NCBI RefSeq assembly: GCF_902652985.1 | Contig: NC_047030.1 | Coordinates: forward strand, 33,232,001 to 33,296,000 | DNA from: Pecten maximus | Lineage: Eukaryota | Length of the DNA stretch: 64,000 nucleotides | Reading direction: 5' to 3' | Part shown: piece by piece, positions 38,940 through 52,418 of the stretch | Layout of the letters: the number at the start of each line of letters is the position of its first letter | Numbering within the stretch: the stretch's first letter is position 1 | The notes under the pieces: generated by a model | Told to the model about the DNA's origin: nothing | What the model saw: only the letters and a program-made list of their open reading frames with translations | The model's database searches: none | Program-made: the position numbers and the translations under genes

Positions 38940-41560
38940 TGTAAACAATAAGGTTTGTTAAATTTTCGAGGCAATCCGCCCCTTTATCAAAACACAAAAA
39001 ATCACAAATACAATCACATAATATATATAAGAAGTACTGAAAATACAATATAATACAATAAGAATAATAATTAATGTTTTAGTAACTGGAGAAACCACAA
39101 TGAACCCTTCGGCAAACGTGGGCCGAAGGCGGATACTAGCGTGACTGCATCATGTTCAAACACTAGAACGCTATGCGACCAACGGCAGAGATATTTTGAA
39201 TTCCCCCGCACGTGAAAGTATTCCGAAGAGTTCAAAGACGATTCGTCCCTAAACACTGCTAGTGGACGACATTGCATTTATATAAAAAATGTTGCATTAT
39301 CGTCTCTACAGTGATTGATTAAATATCGTGTACAAAGTCTGAAAAACTTTAGAAAAATATGTGTTAGATCATAAGAATTATAGAGCACACGTGTGAAAAA
39401 ACTGCTACAAATATTTATCAAGACTGAAAATATAAGAAATACGAATGCCGAAGTGTCCCTACAGGACGCTACGGGAAACAGACGATTCGGACCAACTCGG
39501 ACCAAGATGCTGCTGCATGATGGCGGGAGGCGACTAAATGTGAGTCTCAAAGAGCAACAATGAATAGATGCCCCAACAAGTACAGCAATTATGAAAAATT
39601 TAACAAATTGAATAATTAACTACATGAATTGTCAGATATAATGGTCAGATGGAGAGTATATCCAGAAGACGTCTTTAACGTTCGTTCATACCCCGAGGGT
39701 AGCAGGTTTGGAGATTGGTGATCCAGTATCTTTCTCTGGAACGACGTTTAGTTTCATTCCAGGTAGGACAGTGATCAATGGCGACCACCTGCATATCCTT
39801 CCAACTGTGACTAGGTAAATTGAAATGCCTTGCCACAGGAAAGTCTGGTCTGTTTTGCTTGATGGAGCAACGGTGATTGTTGATTCTGATGTTGAGCTTT
39901 GTGCTGGTTTCTCCAACATACTGCATTTTGCATTTTTTTGCAGGAGAGGAGATATACAACATTGGCTGATGTGCATGTCAGTGTTTGTAAAATGTGATAA
40001 ACACGGTTGTTTATTTCACATTTAAACGTGTCTGTGGACTCAGTGTATGGGCACAATTTGCACGTTTTTTTGCTGCATGTGTTGAAGGAGCCTGTTGTAA
40101 CGACAGAGGCAGATGAATGTAATTTGCTGCTCACCACCAGATCTCTTACATTTTTTGGTCTACGATAGGCCAATAACGGTGGTTCTGGAAAGATCCGTTT
40201 GAGTGCAGCTGACGACTCGATGATGCGCCAATGATTATGTAAAATGGAAGAAATAGACGGCAAGTTAGGATGGAACGTGACAACACAAGGGACCCTTTGT
40301 GTCGGAGTTCTGACTTTGTATTCTAGAAGGCTGGCTCTGTCAAGTACCCTGACTTTGTCTAGTTCCCGATCTATCAAAGTAGATTTATATCCTCTAGCAA
40401 GAAGGTGTGATTTAAGTTCTGAGCATCGACGTTCGAAGACTGTATCATCGGACACTATCCGTCGGATACGTAGAGCTTGGGAATAGGGAATGCTCTTCGT
40501 GGTGTGTGAGGGATGACAGCTGGACGGGCGGAGATACTGGTGCGTGTCAGTTGGTTTGGAATAGAGGTCTGTGTTTATTTTCCCGTCAAGTAAGGTTGAA
40601 CTGGTGTCTAGAAATGTGTTAGTTTCCGTGGAGACCTCTGCAGTGAATTTGATTGTTGGATGGAACGTGTTTGCGTGATCTATAAATTCATCGAGTGATG
40701 TCCGGTTCGAAGTCCATTTGATTTCAATATCATCGATGAATCTGAGCCAGCTGAATGGCTTAATTGGAGCAGATGCTAAAAGTTGGGATTCAAGATGTCC
40801 CATGAATACATTAGCATATGAAGGAGCCATCTTAGTGCCCATAGCTGTACCACTGACCTGCAAGTAGTTTTCATTGTTAAACTGGAAGTTGTTGAGTGTG
40901 AGGACAAGTGTAAGTAATTCTACTAGACTATCAGTCGATGGGTGCTTATAACCACGGCGTTCCCATGCCTCCCGACAAGCATTAATGCCGTCCGCATGAG
41001 GGATGTTTGTGTAAAGAGAGATGACGTCCATTGTAACTAGCAGAGTACCTTCTGGTATGTTGCTGGATGGTGTTTTATTAAGATAATCGGTGGTATCTTT
41101 TATGTAAGATGGTAGATTTTCAACAATTGGTCGAAGATGGAAATCGACGAATTTAGAAATTTTCTCCGTCGGATGGCCTATAGAGTTGATAATAGGTCTA
41201 CCCGGGTTTCCAGGTTGATGGATCTTAGGAAGGAGATAGAATTTCCCTGATAGAGCATTTACGGGACGCAGGAAACTAGCGGTATCTGCGTCTATATCCC
41301 CCTTGTTGAGTATTCTATCGATGGCCTCATTGATTAGTTTGGCGTGTTCTTGCGTCGGGTCCCTATCAAGTTTGCGATAGAACGTCTCGTTGGTAAGCTG
41401 ACGGTTAGCCTCATTGATGTTATCACCCCTGTTCATAATAACCACTGCAGAACCCTTATCTGCTGGCTTGATAACAATCTCCGCATTATGCTTGAGTGCT
41501 TTGAGTGCCTGGCGTTCTGATGGCGACAGGTGGCGACGTTCTGATGGCGTTCTGATGGCG
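38940..41560 (-). mobile_element. Penelope-like retroelement (RT + GIY-YIG endonuclease), 5'-truncated. Coding region about 41530-39675 with one homopolymer frameshift at 39933-39939
   Basis: Motifs IKPADKG, FYLLPKIH..PGRPI, MDVISLYTNIPH, GTAMGTKMAPSYAN, RFIDD, FLD, LYSKPTD and SIPYSQALRIRRI. A Cys-rich linker CSKKTCKLC leads to NVVY..C..C..QYVGET..RINNHR..RERYWI..GMN. The 3' boundary is inferred from the ribozyme. Confidence 0.93.
38956..38994 (-). ncRNA. minimal type I hammerhead ribozyme, U3/A8 variant, downstream of the Penelope-like ORF
   Basis: Minus strand: TGTT-TTGATAA-A-GGGGC-GGATT-GCCTC-GAA-AATT-T-AACA. This gives stem I TGTT/AACA, core UUGAUAA in place of CUGANGA, a 5-bp stem II, GAAA and a palindromic AATT stem III. 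Confidence 0.65.
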
Positions 41561-41980
41561 AAATATATCTATAGATATATAGATATATTTACATTACGCT
41601 TTCATCTTGTAAACATTTAAACAACTGTTTTACGGTTGTGTTTCATTATATGATCAAATGCAAAATTTACAGACTGGAAAAACCGCGGGGAGCATTCATC
41701 AGTTCCAATGATAATCCTATTATGTGGCTGTATTAACGGGTTACAATATACTCCCCAACAGTGTACACCCGATCATGGGTAAACATACATCCGGGTACCT
41801 TGGTAGACCGCATGGCGACAGATGTCACTGGCTTGTGAGCGTAGTTGATGACATACACATGCAACACATCATCAGAATCAACAACGCCAGACTAGACTTA
41901 ATCAATCGTTTTAAGAATATACACTGAGAAACTCAGTGAACGATACAACCTCCATAATAGTTCCAAAAGGCAAAAAGAAG

Positions 41981-44900
41981 ATGCCAAATCAGGCCCGCGG
42001 AAACTGGTCTAACCCACTGGAATTTCTTTTCTCGTGTATTGGAGTCACTGTTGGACTCGGAAACATCTGGAGGTTTCCGTATATTTGTTTCAAAAATGGT
42101 GGAGGTAAGTTTAATATTACATTTAAATTACATGTGCTCGATTTATAGTGTATGTGCATGTCTGTAATACATTATTTTTTCTGAAAATCATTTTATTAAA
42201 TCTGAATGATAATTGACATCCTTCGGTCTGGATCTTTTTTGGAGTAGTTGTAACGCAAATAACGACGATTTATGATGAATTTTATGACGGCTGTAGCTTG
42301 ATTTAACAATTAAACTACATGTATTTGATTTATAGTTTATGTGAATGTTTTAGGTACCTTTCTGATAGTCCTACCCACATATGTGTTCGTGCGATCTAGG
42401 GGCGTCCTTACAGTATAATCCACCTATACATCCCTACATTGAAAGTGTCTTCGTCACAGTCATATCCTCACATTGCTTTCCTTTATAAGAGATGCTTTTT
42501 TATCATTTTTGTCTAATCAACATAGTATTACATATTACATACGTTTCAGGTGCTTTCCGCACAGTCAAATTCACACCCATACGTTTCAGGTGCTTTTCGC
42601 ACAGTCAAATTCACACCTATGATGTACTTTTAGGTGCTTCCCTTGCAGGCTACGTTTTATGAATCTCTGTAGTTTGTCAATCTAATCCACATTTATCAAC
42701 GACTTAAGCGCTTATTCACTTACATGTTCCTTTGTTTCAGGTGCCTTTCTCATTCCGTATTTCCTGTTTCTGTTTCTCATTGGCACGCCGTGTGTTTTCC
42801 TACAGTTTTCCTATGCGCAATACTCGAATCTCGGACCGGGAAACATTTGGGAATGTTGCCCGTTGTTTAGAGGTATACTGACTTATATTAAATGAATGAT
42901 GTGGTCATTGCATTTCATTTTTTTTTATTTTCTTTACCAATAATCACAAACGTATAATATACAAAAGTATATGTTATGTCGTATCGTTATTATAAACAGG
43001 CTGAAAAAAAACATTGCTTTTATGCAGGCGTTGGCTACGGAATGATGACCCTGACGTTTATAGTTGGAATGTATTATGCAGCCATCTTGTCTTGGATACT
43101 CTACTATTTTGGATACTCTTTTTCATCCACTATTCCCTGGGCAACGTGTGATCATGAATGGAACACCGCAATATGTTTCACTAGAACCCGGGTGGCTCTC
43201 AACGGAAGCAGAAATAGTTACATTTCAATAAACAACACAACTTCTGATTTCGATGGCTACATTAACATCACACGGAAAACTCCAGCTGAAGAGTTTTGGG
43301 AGTAAGTAAACTGTTGTAATATATTCTTTAGAAAATTGAATTCATATCTGAGTACAAATCAATGATGATGTCTTATAGAAATCTAATGATTACGCTTTTA
43401 GATGTTTACGGTATTATTATGATGTGATCAATTTACAGTTTATGTATGAGCTCCATATCAAGATTCTCTGAGCGTAGTCTGGGATCAACAAGTTTGACGA
43501 ATTATGAGTGTCCTTCTCAGTCTATTCGTTTCCAAACGCCCATAATGCCTGTATTTGCAAAGCTACACAATTTGTTTTCACATTCGCTAATGGCACAAAA
43601 AGTTCCTAACAAATTTGTTGTTACACCTACGTAAGGATGCTACAATGTACAATTAGAACTCTCTTGCTCCGAAGCACACAGAAAAGGCATCCAGACACAT
43701 ATTTTTTTACTGTACTGGCGCTATTGGAATATTTCATCACAGCCGAATGAAAATGTATCATCTTACATGAACATAACGATGGCAATTCACTCACCCAGTG
43801 AATGAAGGGTTTACTAGAGCCTTTCCCTCATTTTGTTGAGGAAGTTGTTTTCAAGCGATTTCACTACTCCTGTGAAGGTATTGGTTACTGTAGCCGCGCC
43901 TTTCTAGGCGAGGAAGATGTTAATAGAGGATTCGTGCGAACCTCTAGAGATAGGGTCTACTAGAAACTTCGACTTACTCTGACGGGAAAGTGTTTAATAG
44001 ACCAGTCAACTAACCATGTAAAGTGTTTACTAGACTGATACTCTGCCTTATCATCTAGTGAGTATTTGGTACTAGACCCTTCTTCTAACCGTGTGGAGGA
44101 CACGTTAACTAGAGCCTGCGTCTCCCATTATGATGTTGCTCTTCACCTCACCCTGTGGTGGTTGTTTACACCAGAGCCCTCGCCTCATCCTGTGGAAGTA
44201 GTTTTTTCTAGAACCGTTGTATCATCATATGGAGGACATTTCCACTAGAGCCTTCCCTCACGTAGTGTGGGGACCAAGATTCTTTATTCCTTGTTCATTT
44301 GTGTCTTTCCACTATTGGTTGTATGATGAATTGATGGGTTCCACTTGACATCCATATTGACTTGCAGAATCAACTGCACACATACTTGCCTCGGGAGTGA
44401 CACAAACTTTCATGTTTTAACATTAAACTCATTCGCATATGCTAAGATGACTTGGTTTTCTGCTTTACTGATAAAGGTATTACTGATTACAGAAACAATG
44501 TTCTGCAACTGACCGAAGGTATCCAAACACTAGGAACGATTCGCTGGGAGCTATTACTAGGGGAATTGGCCACCTCCATCGTCATCTTTCTTTGTCTTTT
44601 CAAAGGAATTCACTCCTCAGGAAAGGTATCGTTAGAAACTTCAACACATTCTAGAAACTTATACTACAGCATACTATTTGGATACGTACGTATTACTTTT
44701 CTTTTTCAAGTACTGTTGCTGTGCACCCCGAAACATTCAGTAAAAACGTTAGTGCGAACAGCAACGTCATCTTTTGTCATTTCCCAATCATGCTCATATA
44801 TACATAAACTCGAAAACAAATGTTGATTTATAAACTTGGCCTTTATTTCCCGTCGTCAGGTGATGTACGTGATGGCCACAATTCCCTACGTGTTCCTCAC

Positions 44901-47900
44901 AGCTCTGTTGATCCGGGGTTTTACGCTCCCAGGGTCCTTACAGGGACTCAAGTACTACATGGTGCCTCGATGGGAGGAACTCCTCAAATTATCAGTAAAT
45001 ATCCATCACTTCTCTCTGACTTCCAAACTGATTATTCAAATATGTGTCTGTCGTCAAAGTCCAAATAAATTCAATAATGCTTAGTGTTGTGTTGCACAGG
45101 TTTGGGTGGATGCCGCAGCACAGACATTCTACTCTCTAAGTCTGCCTTCTGGAGCTCTGATCGTATTGGCCAGCCACAACAAATTCCACAACAACATTTA
45201 TAGGTAGCGTTATCGAGCTTACTCATGTTTCATTTTTATAGGCGAAATCTTTATTGTGCCATCACAAATTATACTTTATTAACTTTGAATACACACCAGG
45301 CTGCTTTATACCATATTACTCCCCTTTCACCGCATTTGATTGGAAACAGCAGCTAGATTCTTCCTTTTAAACCATGTATGGTTTTAATATATGTTAGTGT
45401 ATGTATATGCCAATCAACTTAGTAGGAAAACTAGTTGGTCTGGTAACTTTAAGTTTATGGACGTCTATTCTTCTCATTACTTAGGTGAATAGCCTCAATA
45501 GAAAGCGACATAGTTACCATATTTCAATGGTATGCTAGTTAAACATACATGTAAATAAAATAATTCACTACACTTTTATTAAATCAGAATATTTATGTAG
45601 GCTTGGACACCGTGTTGCCAAAGTTCGTAAACTAACGTTAACCCTTCTCAGCGAAACACCCCGTGATGAATTTTTGACAACAAGATTTATTTTTAACAAT
45701 ATAATAAGTAAATATACAGTATATATCGACGCAGAAGTGCATAGATATGTCTACATATTCATATTCTGTTCTCATTTTATCAATGTTGGGTTAGAATTAC
45801 GGTTTTGATAATGTGGTGGATTTTTTTTAAATCTCAAAATGGAAATCAAATACATAGCAAATCATTTTTATTTTTATTTAATTAATTTGTTAACATTGAT
45901 GTTTAGACTGAAACTGAAAAAAAAGTAATAATAATCATTTATGAATATTTCATACGCATGATTACAGTAGATAATACAGGATAATTCAGAATGCAATACT
46001 ATAAGAAAAAATATACCTAATATATATATATAAATATGTATATTTGTTACAGGGATGCTATAATAATCCCGATGTTTGATGCCTTCACCAGCTGGTTCGC
46101 TGGATGCGTTATATTTGTAACACTCGGATACATGGCGCAGAAGGCCAACCTGTCAATGGAGGATGTAATCGATCAGGGTATTTAAGTACATTATCACTAC
46201 ATCACAATAATATCAAGGATTTGTTTTGATGTCACCAAGGAACAGTGTATCTAATTAGTGTATCACTATGAGATAAGGGTATTAACACTTTTATCAGTAC
46301 GGAGTCGATATAGAGACGCTATAACAATTGTTGCATAAGTCAAATAGCTAAAAGCTGAAAATAATAGAATATGATAATTGTATTTTAAGGTCCTGGCGTG
46401 GCGTTCATAGTATACCCAGAGGCCTTGTCTACTCTGCAGCTCCCTCAACTATGGTCTGCTCTCTTCTTCCTTATGTTGTTTACAGTGGGATTGGACTCGC
46501 AGGTAAAATGTCCAAGACTTCTTATCAAACATCGGAGTGTGTGATAAAAAAATAAATAAAATGTTACAATATTAATGCAGAAAAAAAAATATTAAGCGAC
46601 ATAATAATTACCTACCAATTTAAACATGATATTACTTTAATAGAATCTTATGTTCTTGATGGTTAAGTGCGGGTGAATCGCTTACTGCCGCGAAAAGAAT
46701 GCAAGCCTACATACCATTTATCCTATCATGTTTCTAATTCATGTAAGTACAAACGATCAAGGCACTGTAATACACAGTTTAACATATGTTTTGTTGACTT
46801 GTTACTCCTTTTACATTGGTTTGGTTTAGCATTGTTTAACGTCCAATCAACAGCTAAGGTCATTAAAGGAAGGCCTCCCCTGTGTCCTTGTGTTCGAAAT
46901 GTATGCGTGATGTGTATGCGTATGTGGTTTAGGAGGCTGCGGTATTTTTGTGTTTGGCTCCATGTGATAGAGCGGAGATGATGCCGACTTTATAGTGCTA
47001 CCTCACAGAAGCATACTGCAGGACACCCCACCCGTCCACATTATACTGACAATAGGCGAACCAATCATCACACTCCCATAAGGCTGAGCGGCACGCTCAT
47101 TTGTTGTGAATTGTGCGTTATTTTTATGATGTTATTTGTTGTTGGCAGATTGTTCAAATCCAAATCCTGTACACAGGACTAACAGACAAATGGCCGAGTA
47201 CATTCGGCCGTCATGGACTATTGACTCTAGCTGTCATTCTAGTGATATCCGGGGTATGCGGTATAGTATTCGTCACGCAGGTTTGTACCTCAGATTATCA
47301 ATTACCTATTACATTGGAATTGTATATATGATGTTTTAGTTGTCCAAAAGAAGTCAAAAATTAGGTTGCAAGAAATATATTGTGTTTATAAAAACACAAG
47401 AACAACTGATTTATTTCAATTTTTAAAATTGCCAGTTTTTGTCCGTTGGAATAAAATATCTTTGGCACATTTTGACCATTCGCTTCAAAATTAAAGATTA
47501 TAGTCTTTTTCATAAAATTTAGAAGAAAAAAGAACTCAATTTTTCCTGAATGAAAATGTACATTTGTATACTGTTTTTAAAAAAAAACCTGTTTACTAGA
47601 GTTATCAGTAGATTTCAGCGTTTTGGTAATTTGAACCCTTCAAATATTCCCCCTTTTTTCAACATTTAGTCGCACGTATCTGTCGATCGATATTAAATCA
47701 ATTAGACCCTTTTTAGCTACATATGCTTATGTCTTCAGATGGCAATGCTATTCTGAAACACCAGAGGATTCCCAGAAACACAGTACAAAGTAGTATTTAA
47801 CTATTTAATAACATAAAGGTAGTAATCTTTGGGAACGATTGTTCAAACATGTACGAAATTGAAATGGTTCTATGAAAATGAGGAAACTAAAATATTCGTT

Positions 47901-50900
47901 AAACAGAATTATTGTACCTTGGTCTTATATTAACTTTATAAAGAAAACATTACAGATCAGACATTAAGATCAAGGACGAAATTGGTTTTTTGCCCTTAAT
48001 AATGTTTGTAAAAACATATTTTAATATTGAATCTCGTCTTGTTGCTAGTTGTATTGATATCACAAAAACGCAGATTGGGATACATCATAACACATTAAAG
48101 GGCAAAAGAAAATCAACAAATATGGTTTTTATATGGATAAATTAGCAAGAAATTTTAAATATCAAATAAATCTAAAAGTTTCTGGAGATGATGTAACGGT
48201 GTGAAATTTCTATCATCAATTGTGATGATTCAATTTAATTACTGATTAATCGAAAAGATACACGACGGAAGTTTTCAATTTTGACAAAACGATAGGATTG
48301 TAAAATATATGGTGGTTTCATTTCATATATACAGCGTACACTGCTGTATTCGTGTACGATGAAATATCGATTTGTATTCAAGAAATGTCAATTCGTGTTA
48401 AAATATATATTGATTTGTATTAAAAAACAAGGCTAAGTGAATATTCGAAAACTGTTTCATGGGTAAACAATAGTGACAACTGTTTTGATTGACTGACAAA
48501 AATCATAGCGGATGGAAGAACCGTCAAGTACGGAACTGAAGTGACAAGTTAATTACCATATATATATTTGTTTTATAGCAACGACAAAATAAGACGGTTA
48601 GGCAATATGCAGTTCTTCAAATTGTTACCGTTGGTAAAAGATAATTTGCATCTACCATTTGTTAGTATTTGTTTGTTTGTTTGTTTATGTTTTACGGCCC
48701 ATCGACAACTAGGGTCATTCAGGGCCAAACAGTATACTAACATGTTTTATTTTTAAAGTTAAAATCAGATAAAATTTGTCATTTTTAAAAGCATCCGTAT
48801 TGTATATTTAGATCATTATGATAAAAAAGTTGGTTAAAAATGGTAAAATATATACATGTACGAATAGATTATGTGAAATAATATGTACGAATAGATTATG
48901 TGGAGTTTACCATTTGTTAATGTGATACATCGCTAAAATGATTAAAAGTACACATTGTATTTTTTTTTTTTTTTTGCGATATCACTCCAAAACTCAGTCT
49001 AAAAATCTCTAGACAAGGACGTCTTTTTGAAAGACAAATACGCATTTCGTGCAACCGTAACGTTGATTAGAGGAACCGTGTCACACCTTTTGTATGACCC
49101 TATGATTTATTGTTTTGTTTTCATGTTTTGTTTTTCCTATGTAAAACCGCCACTAGGAATATACATTTCAGAAGAGAATACATGTCGCATGTTAAATAAG
49201 AAATAAGAAATAAAAAATATGCATCAATTGATAACTAATCAAACGGTGGTTGATAGATACGGTTTATCCAATGTTAACATTTCACTGTACATATAATCCT
49301 TGATTTGTATGGAATAACTCCCATCGTCTTGCCTAACATTTGATAAAATGGTCAAATAACCGAAATAGAAAAGAATCAAGTTACATATGTAACAAATAAG
49401 TGATATAAATAAGTATTTGAAATTAGTAATATAACAAATAAATAATGTAAAACAGAATGATAAATGATATAGGCTGGGAGGTCATTTGACATATTTCTTA
49501 CTAGATCAGCTGTAGATACCTTTTGTTGTACTTGACGACATTTATTTATAGTCTGTAGCGATATTTTTGTATTATTCACATTAGGGTGGTATGTACGTAG
49601 TACAGCTGACAGACTGGTACCTTTCGAGTGTGTCAATCCTGTTACTAGTAGGGACGGAAGTTATTGTTTTAGCCTGGATATACGGTACGTAGTATATATA
49701 CAATTTTAAACAACTTCAAAAAATCATATCGGAGTAGAAAACCGATGGCCCATCAACGGTCGACTATTAAGACTTATCTTTGTCTAAAAACATTTTGACA
49801 ATTGTAATAATTATATATGAATGTCTTCGTGAGCTTATGGCATCGCATGATGAGACACGAATATGTCCAGTGAATGTAATGCAGTCGTCATGGACAAGGT
49901 GAATCAGTCCAGTAATTTGTTGAAATTGGTGGCAAAAACTGGTAGAATCGATCAGCTAAACTATGCAGAGACGTACATTAGACGATTTGTTGACTACATT
50001 ATAATACATTATAAGTATACGAACCATTTTTCATCAAATCTGTCGTATCATTACTCAAATGTACTCCAACGAATTATCTCAAGTATTCCTTTTGGGCTCG
50101 CTTCTTCAACTCGTTAGGATCAAGACCCATATTTTGTACATAATTAACTGTTCAATTAAAGGATACTTCAGACCAAATCTTGACCAGGTCCTAGCTCCTG
50201 TCATTCCTACAGAAGAAGAATGAATTTAAAGGCTTTGGCATAATCCCGTATTAGACCAGGCCCCTCATGACCCTGTGGATCAAAACGATCGTTGATATAA
50301 TTGCTTCTTCTTCATCCGAGGAATGCTTAAAACCAAATGTTTACATCAACGAAATGTTCTAAATAATTTGCTAGATTTGCCTTTTTAGGTCATGAAAATT
50401 TGATGGACGACGGACGAAAGACTACCTTTACGTCAGTTCACTGACTATTCAGATCCGGCTAGCTAATAAAATTTATACGAATTTCCGGTCATAATGCTAT
50501 AGCCGGAAATAGAAATAATTTAATCAAATACACGACTAGGAAAATGAAGTTTAGAAGCAACAATTTCGGTTTTCTTTCTTTGGTGTCAGTGCAGTTGACC
50601 GGTTTCCGTGTTGAATTAATCGTTATGGCAGTATGATTGACTATTAACAGGTACCGACCGTCTCTATAAGGACATTGAGGAAATGATTGGCTACCAACCT
50701 AATAAGCTATGGAAGGTACTCTGGAAGTTCGTCACACCGTTTCTCTGTGTTGTGAGTATACATTGTAGCCGTTACTCAATAATATATGTTTGTTAGACAA
50801 TTTTTAATACAAATCGCATGCCCTAACATGTCGAAAATTTGGTATGGTCACCTTGAACATCTTGTAACTGAGGAATCCCTTGTACACGCGGCACCATTGT

Positions 50901-51494
50901 CAAAATATCCGCTGAAAACCTGTTGGAAATGGGTGGACTGGATCAAATGTCACATGCGTTTTCTCCTCTAGGCATTGTGGCTGATAGGTGTCATCAATCA
51001 CCAGCCTGTGTCCTATGGCTCTACATCCTTCCCTGCCTGGTCTATAGGAATAGGATGGATTATCGCTGTCCTTCCACTGATACCCATACCGGTGACATTG
51101 TTTCTCACTCTGAAGCGTCAGCAAGGTAGTCTAAGGGAGGTAATATATGTTTTTTACCTACAATATATCAACATTATTAGTAACATGTATAGATTCAGAA
51201 AATATGTTCGTGTTGACCAATAGGCTTTGATTTCATGATGTTTATAACATCCGTCACCTTGGCATTATCCATAAATACTTCAAAATATTACCATTACGCG
51301 ATGCATTTCCAAGCATGTATGAACATCACAGAACGCAATCGAGCGCATTCCTTGCTTATATTTACATGAACTATTATCAAATGTCTGTTCTGTTTCAGAG
51401 ATTTGATAAATCAGTGAAGCCAACAAAACAATGGAAGCCTGCAGTTTCATCATTCCCTGATGATCAGGAAGTTGAGATGCAACTTTATGAATAA
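41981..51494 (+). CDS. SLC6 (sodium:neurotransmitter symporter family) amino-acid-type transporter, 13 coding exons: 41981-42104, 42741-42872, 43028-43301, 44493-44625, 44860-44994, 45100-45203, 46053-46177, 46390-46502, 47149-47280, 49585-49684, 50651-50751, 50972-51139, 51399-51494 (1737 nt, 578 aa)
   Basis: [87 protein letters not shown] and GGMY. All introns are GT-AG and the frame is open. An additional upstream exon cannot be excluded. Confidence 0.93.
43800..44270. repeat. highly degenerate tandem repeat in SLC6 intron 3
   Basis: TTTACTAGAGCC..C.CCTCA.CCTGTG-like motif recurring about every 40 bp. Confidence 0.5.
46820..47095 (-). mobile_element. Meta-domain-like SINE relic
   Basis: TTTAACGTCC..TCAACAGC tail shared with the 51899 SINE, plus TTTATAGTGCTA.CTCAC and CACATTATACTGACA segments. 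Confidence 0.55.
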
Positions 51495-51898
51495 GATAGC
51501 TTTATATGATTGACGGACGATTTGTTTGTTTTCATTTAACGGCCCCTCGACAGCTGAAATCATTTATGTGGTGATTGGTGATTGATTCGATAACTTATAA
51601 TGAACAAATATATGGCAGGTGAAGACAAAATTGGATAAATTTTTCATTTTTAAAAGCATTTTTATAGTATATTTACATCATCAAAATGAATATTGGGTAA
51701 AAAAGATGGATAACGCATTAATGAGTTGGAGTATGTTATATATATATATATATATATATCGCCAGAGAGAGTAAGATAGGTAAAAGGACATCATAGTCTA
51801 TAGAATAGATCGATGTTTTTCAAATATCTAAATAATGCATTCGAATCAAAGGATCTTAATAGAGTTTCTATTTCCGGGACTCGATAGTAATTATCACT

Positions 51899-52121
51899 GG
51901 GACTGCAGTGGCCAAGTGGTTAAGGTGTATCGACACTTTATCATTAGCCCTCCACCTCTTTGTTGCGAGTTCGAAACCTACGTGGGGCAGTTGCCAGGTA
52001 CTAACCGTAGGCATCTGTTTTTTTTTCTCCGGGTACTCCGGCTTTCCTCCACCTCCAAAACCTGGTATGTCATTAAATGATCCTAGCTGTTGATATGACG
52101 TTAAACAAAAACAAACAAACA
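51899..52121 (+). mobile_element. tRNA-derived V-type SINE, near full length
   Basis: A box TGGCCAAGTGG, B box GAGTTCGAAAC, V core TTCTCCGGGTACTCCGGCTTTCCTCCACC, and tail GACGTTAAAC followed by (CAAA)n. Inverted tail fragments occur near 36870, 48670 and 51525. Confidence 0.8.
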
Positions 52122-52418
52122 CAATTATCACGAATGTGCATAAATTTGAAACGTTCTGTAGGAAAAATTCCCACTGTAAATAGAGTGTGATATGCATGGA
52201 ATGTCGGTTGATTGTCTCGTTTTAAAACGAACGAATGAGTAGGACATGTATGTTCTGTGAGGAGCCGGGAGAAGGCAAATTCCTTTGTAAGATTTTTCCT
52301 ACTATTTATTGTTCGTCTCGAGGGACCAATGCTGTTGCAACTTACCTTGACTGTACAATTAACATTAAATATGAAGATTGTAGTTTGATATTTGTTTGTT
52401 GGTGATTTAAAGCATTTG

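Noticed and set aside
39484-39506. Y RNA-like AGTTGGTCCGA on the minus strand
   Set aside because: Short match only; I found no complementary 3' stem or Pol III terminator.
39675-41445. Selenoprotein-type recoding or programmed frameshift in the Penelope ORF
   Set aside because: There is no in-frame UGA, and the break is one extra base in a homopolymer, best explained by mutation or sequencing error.
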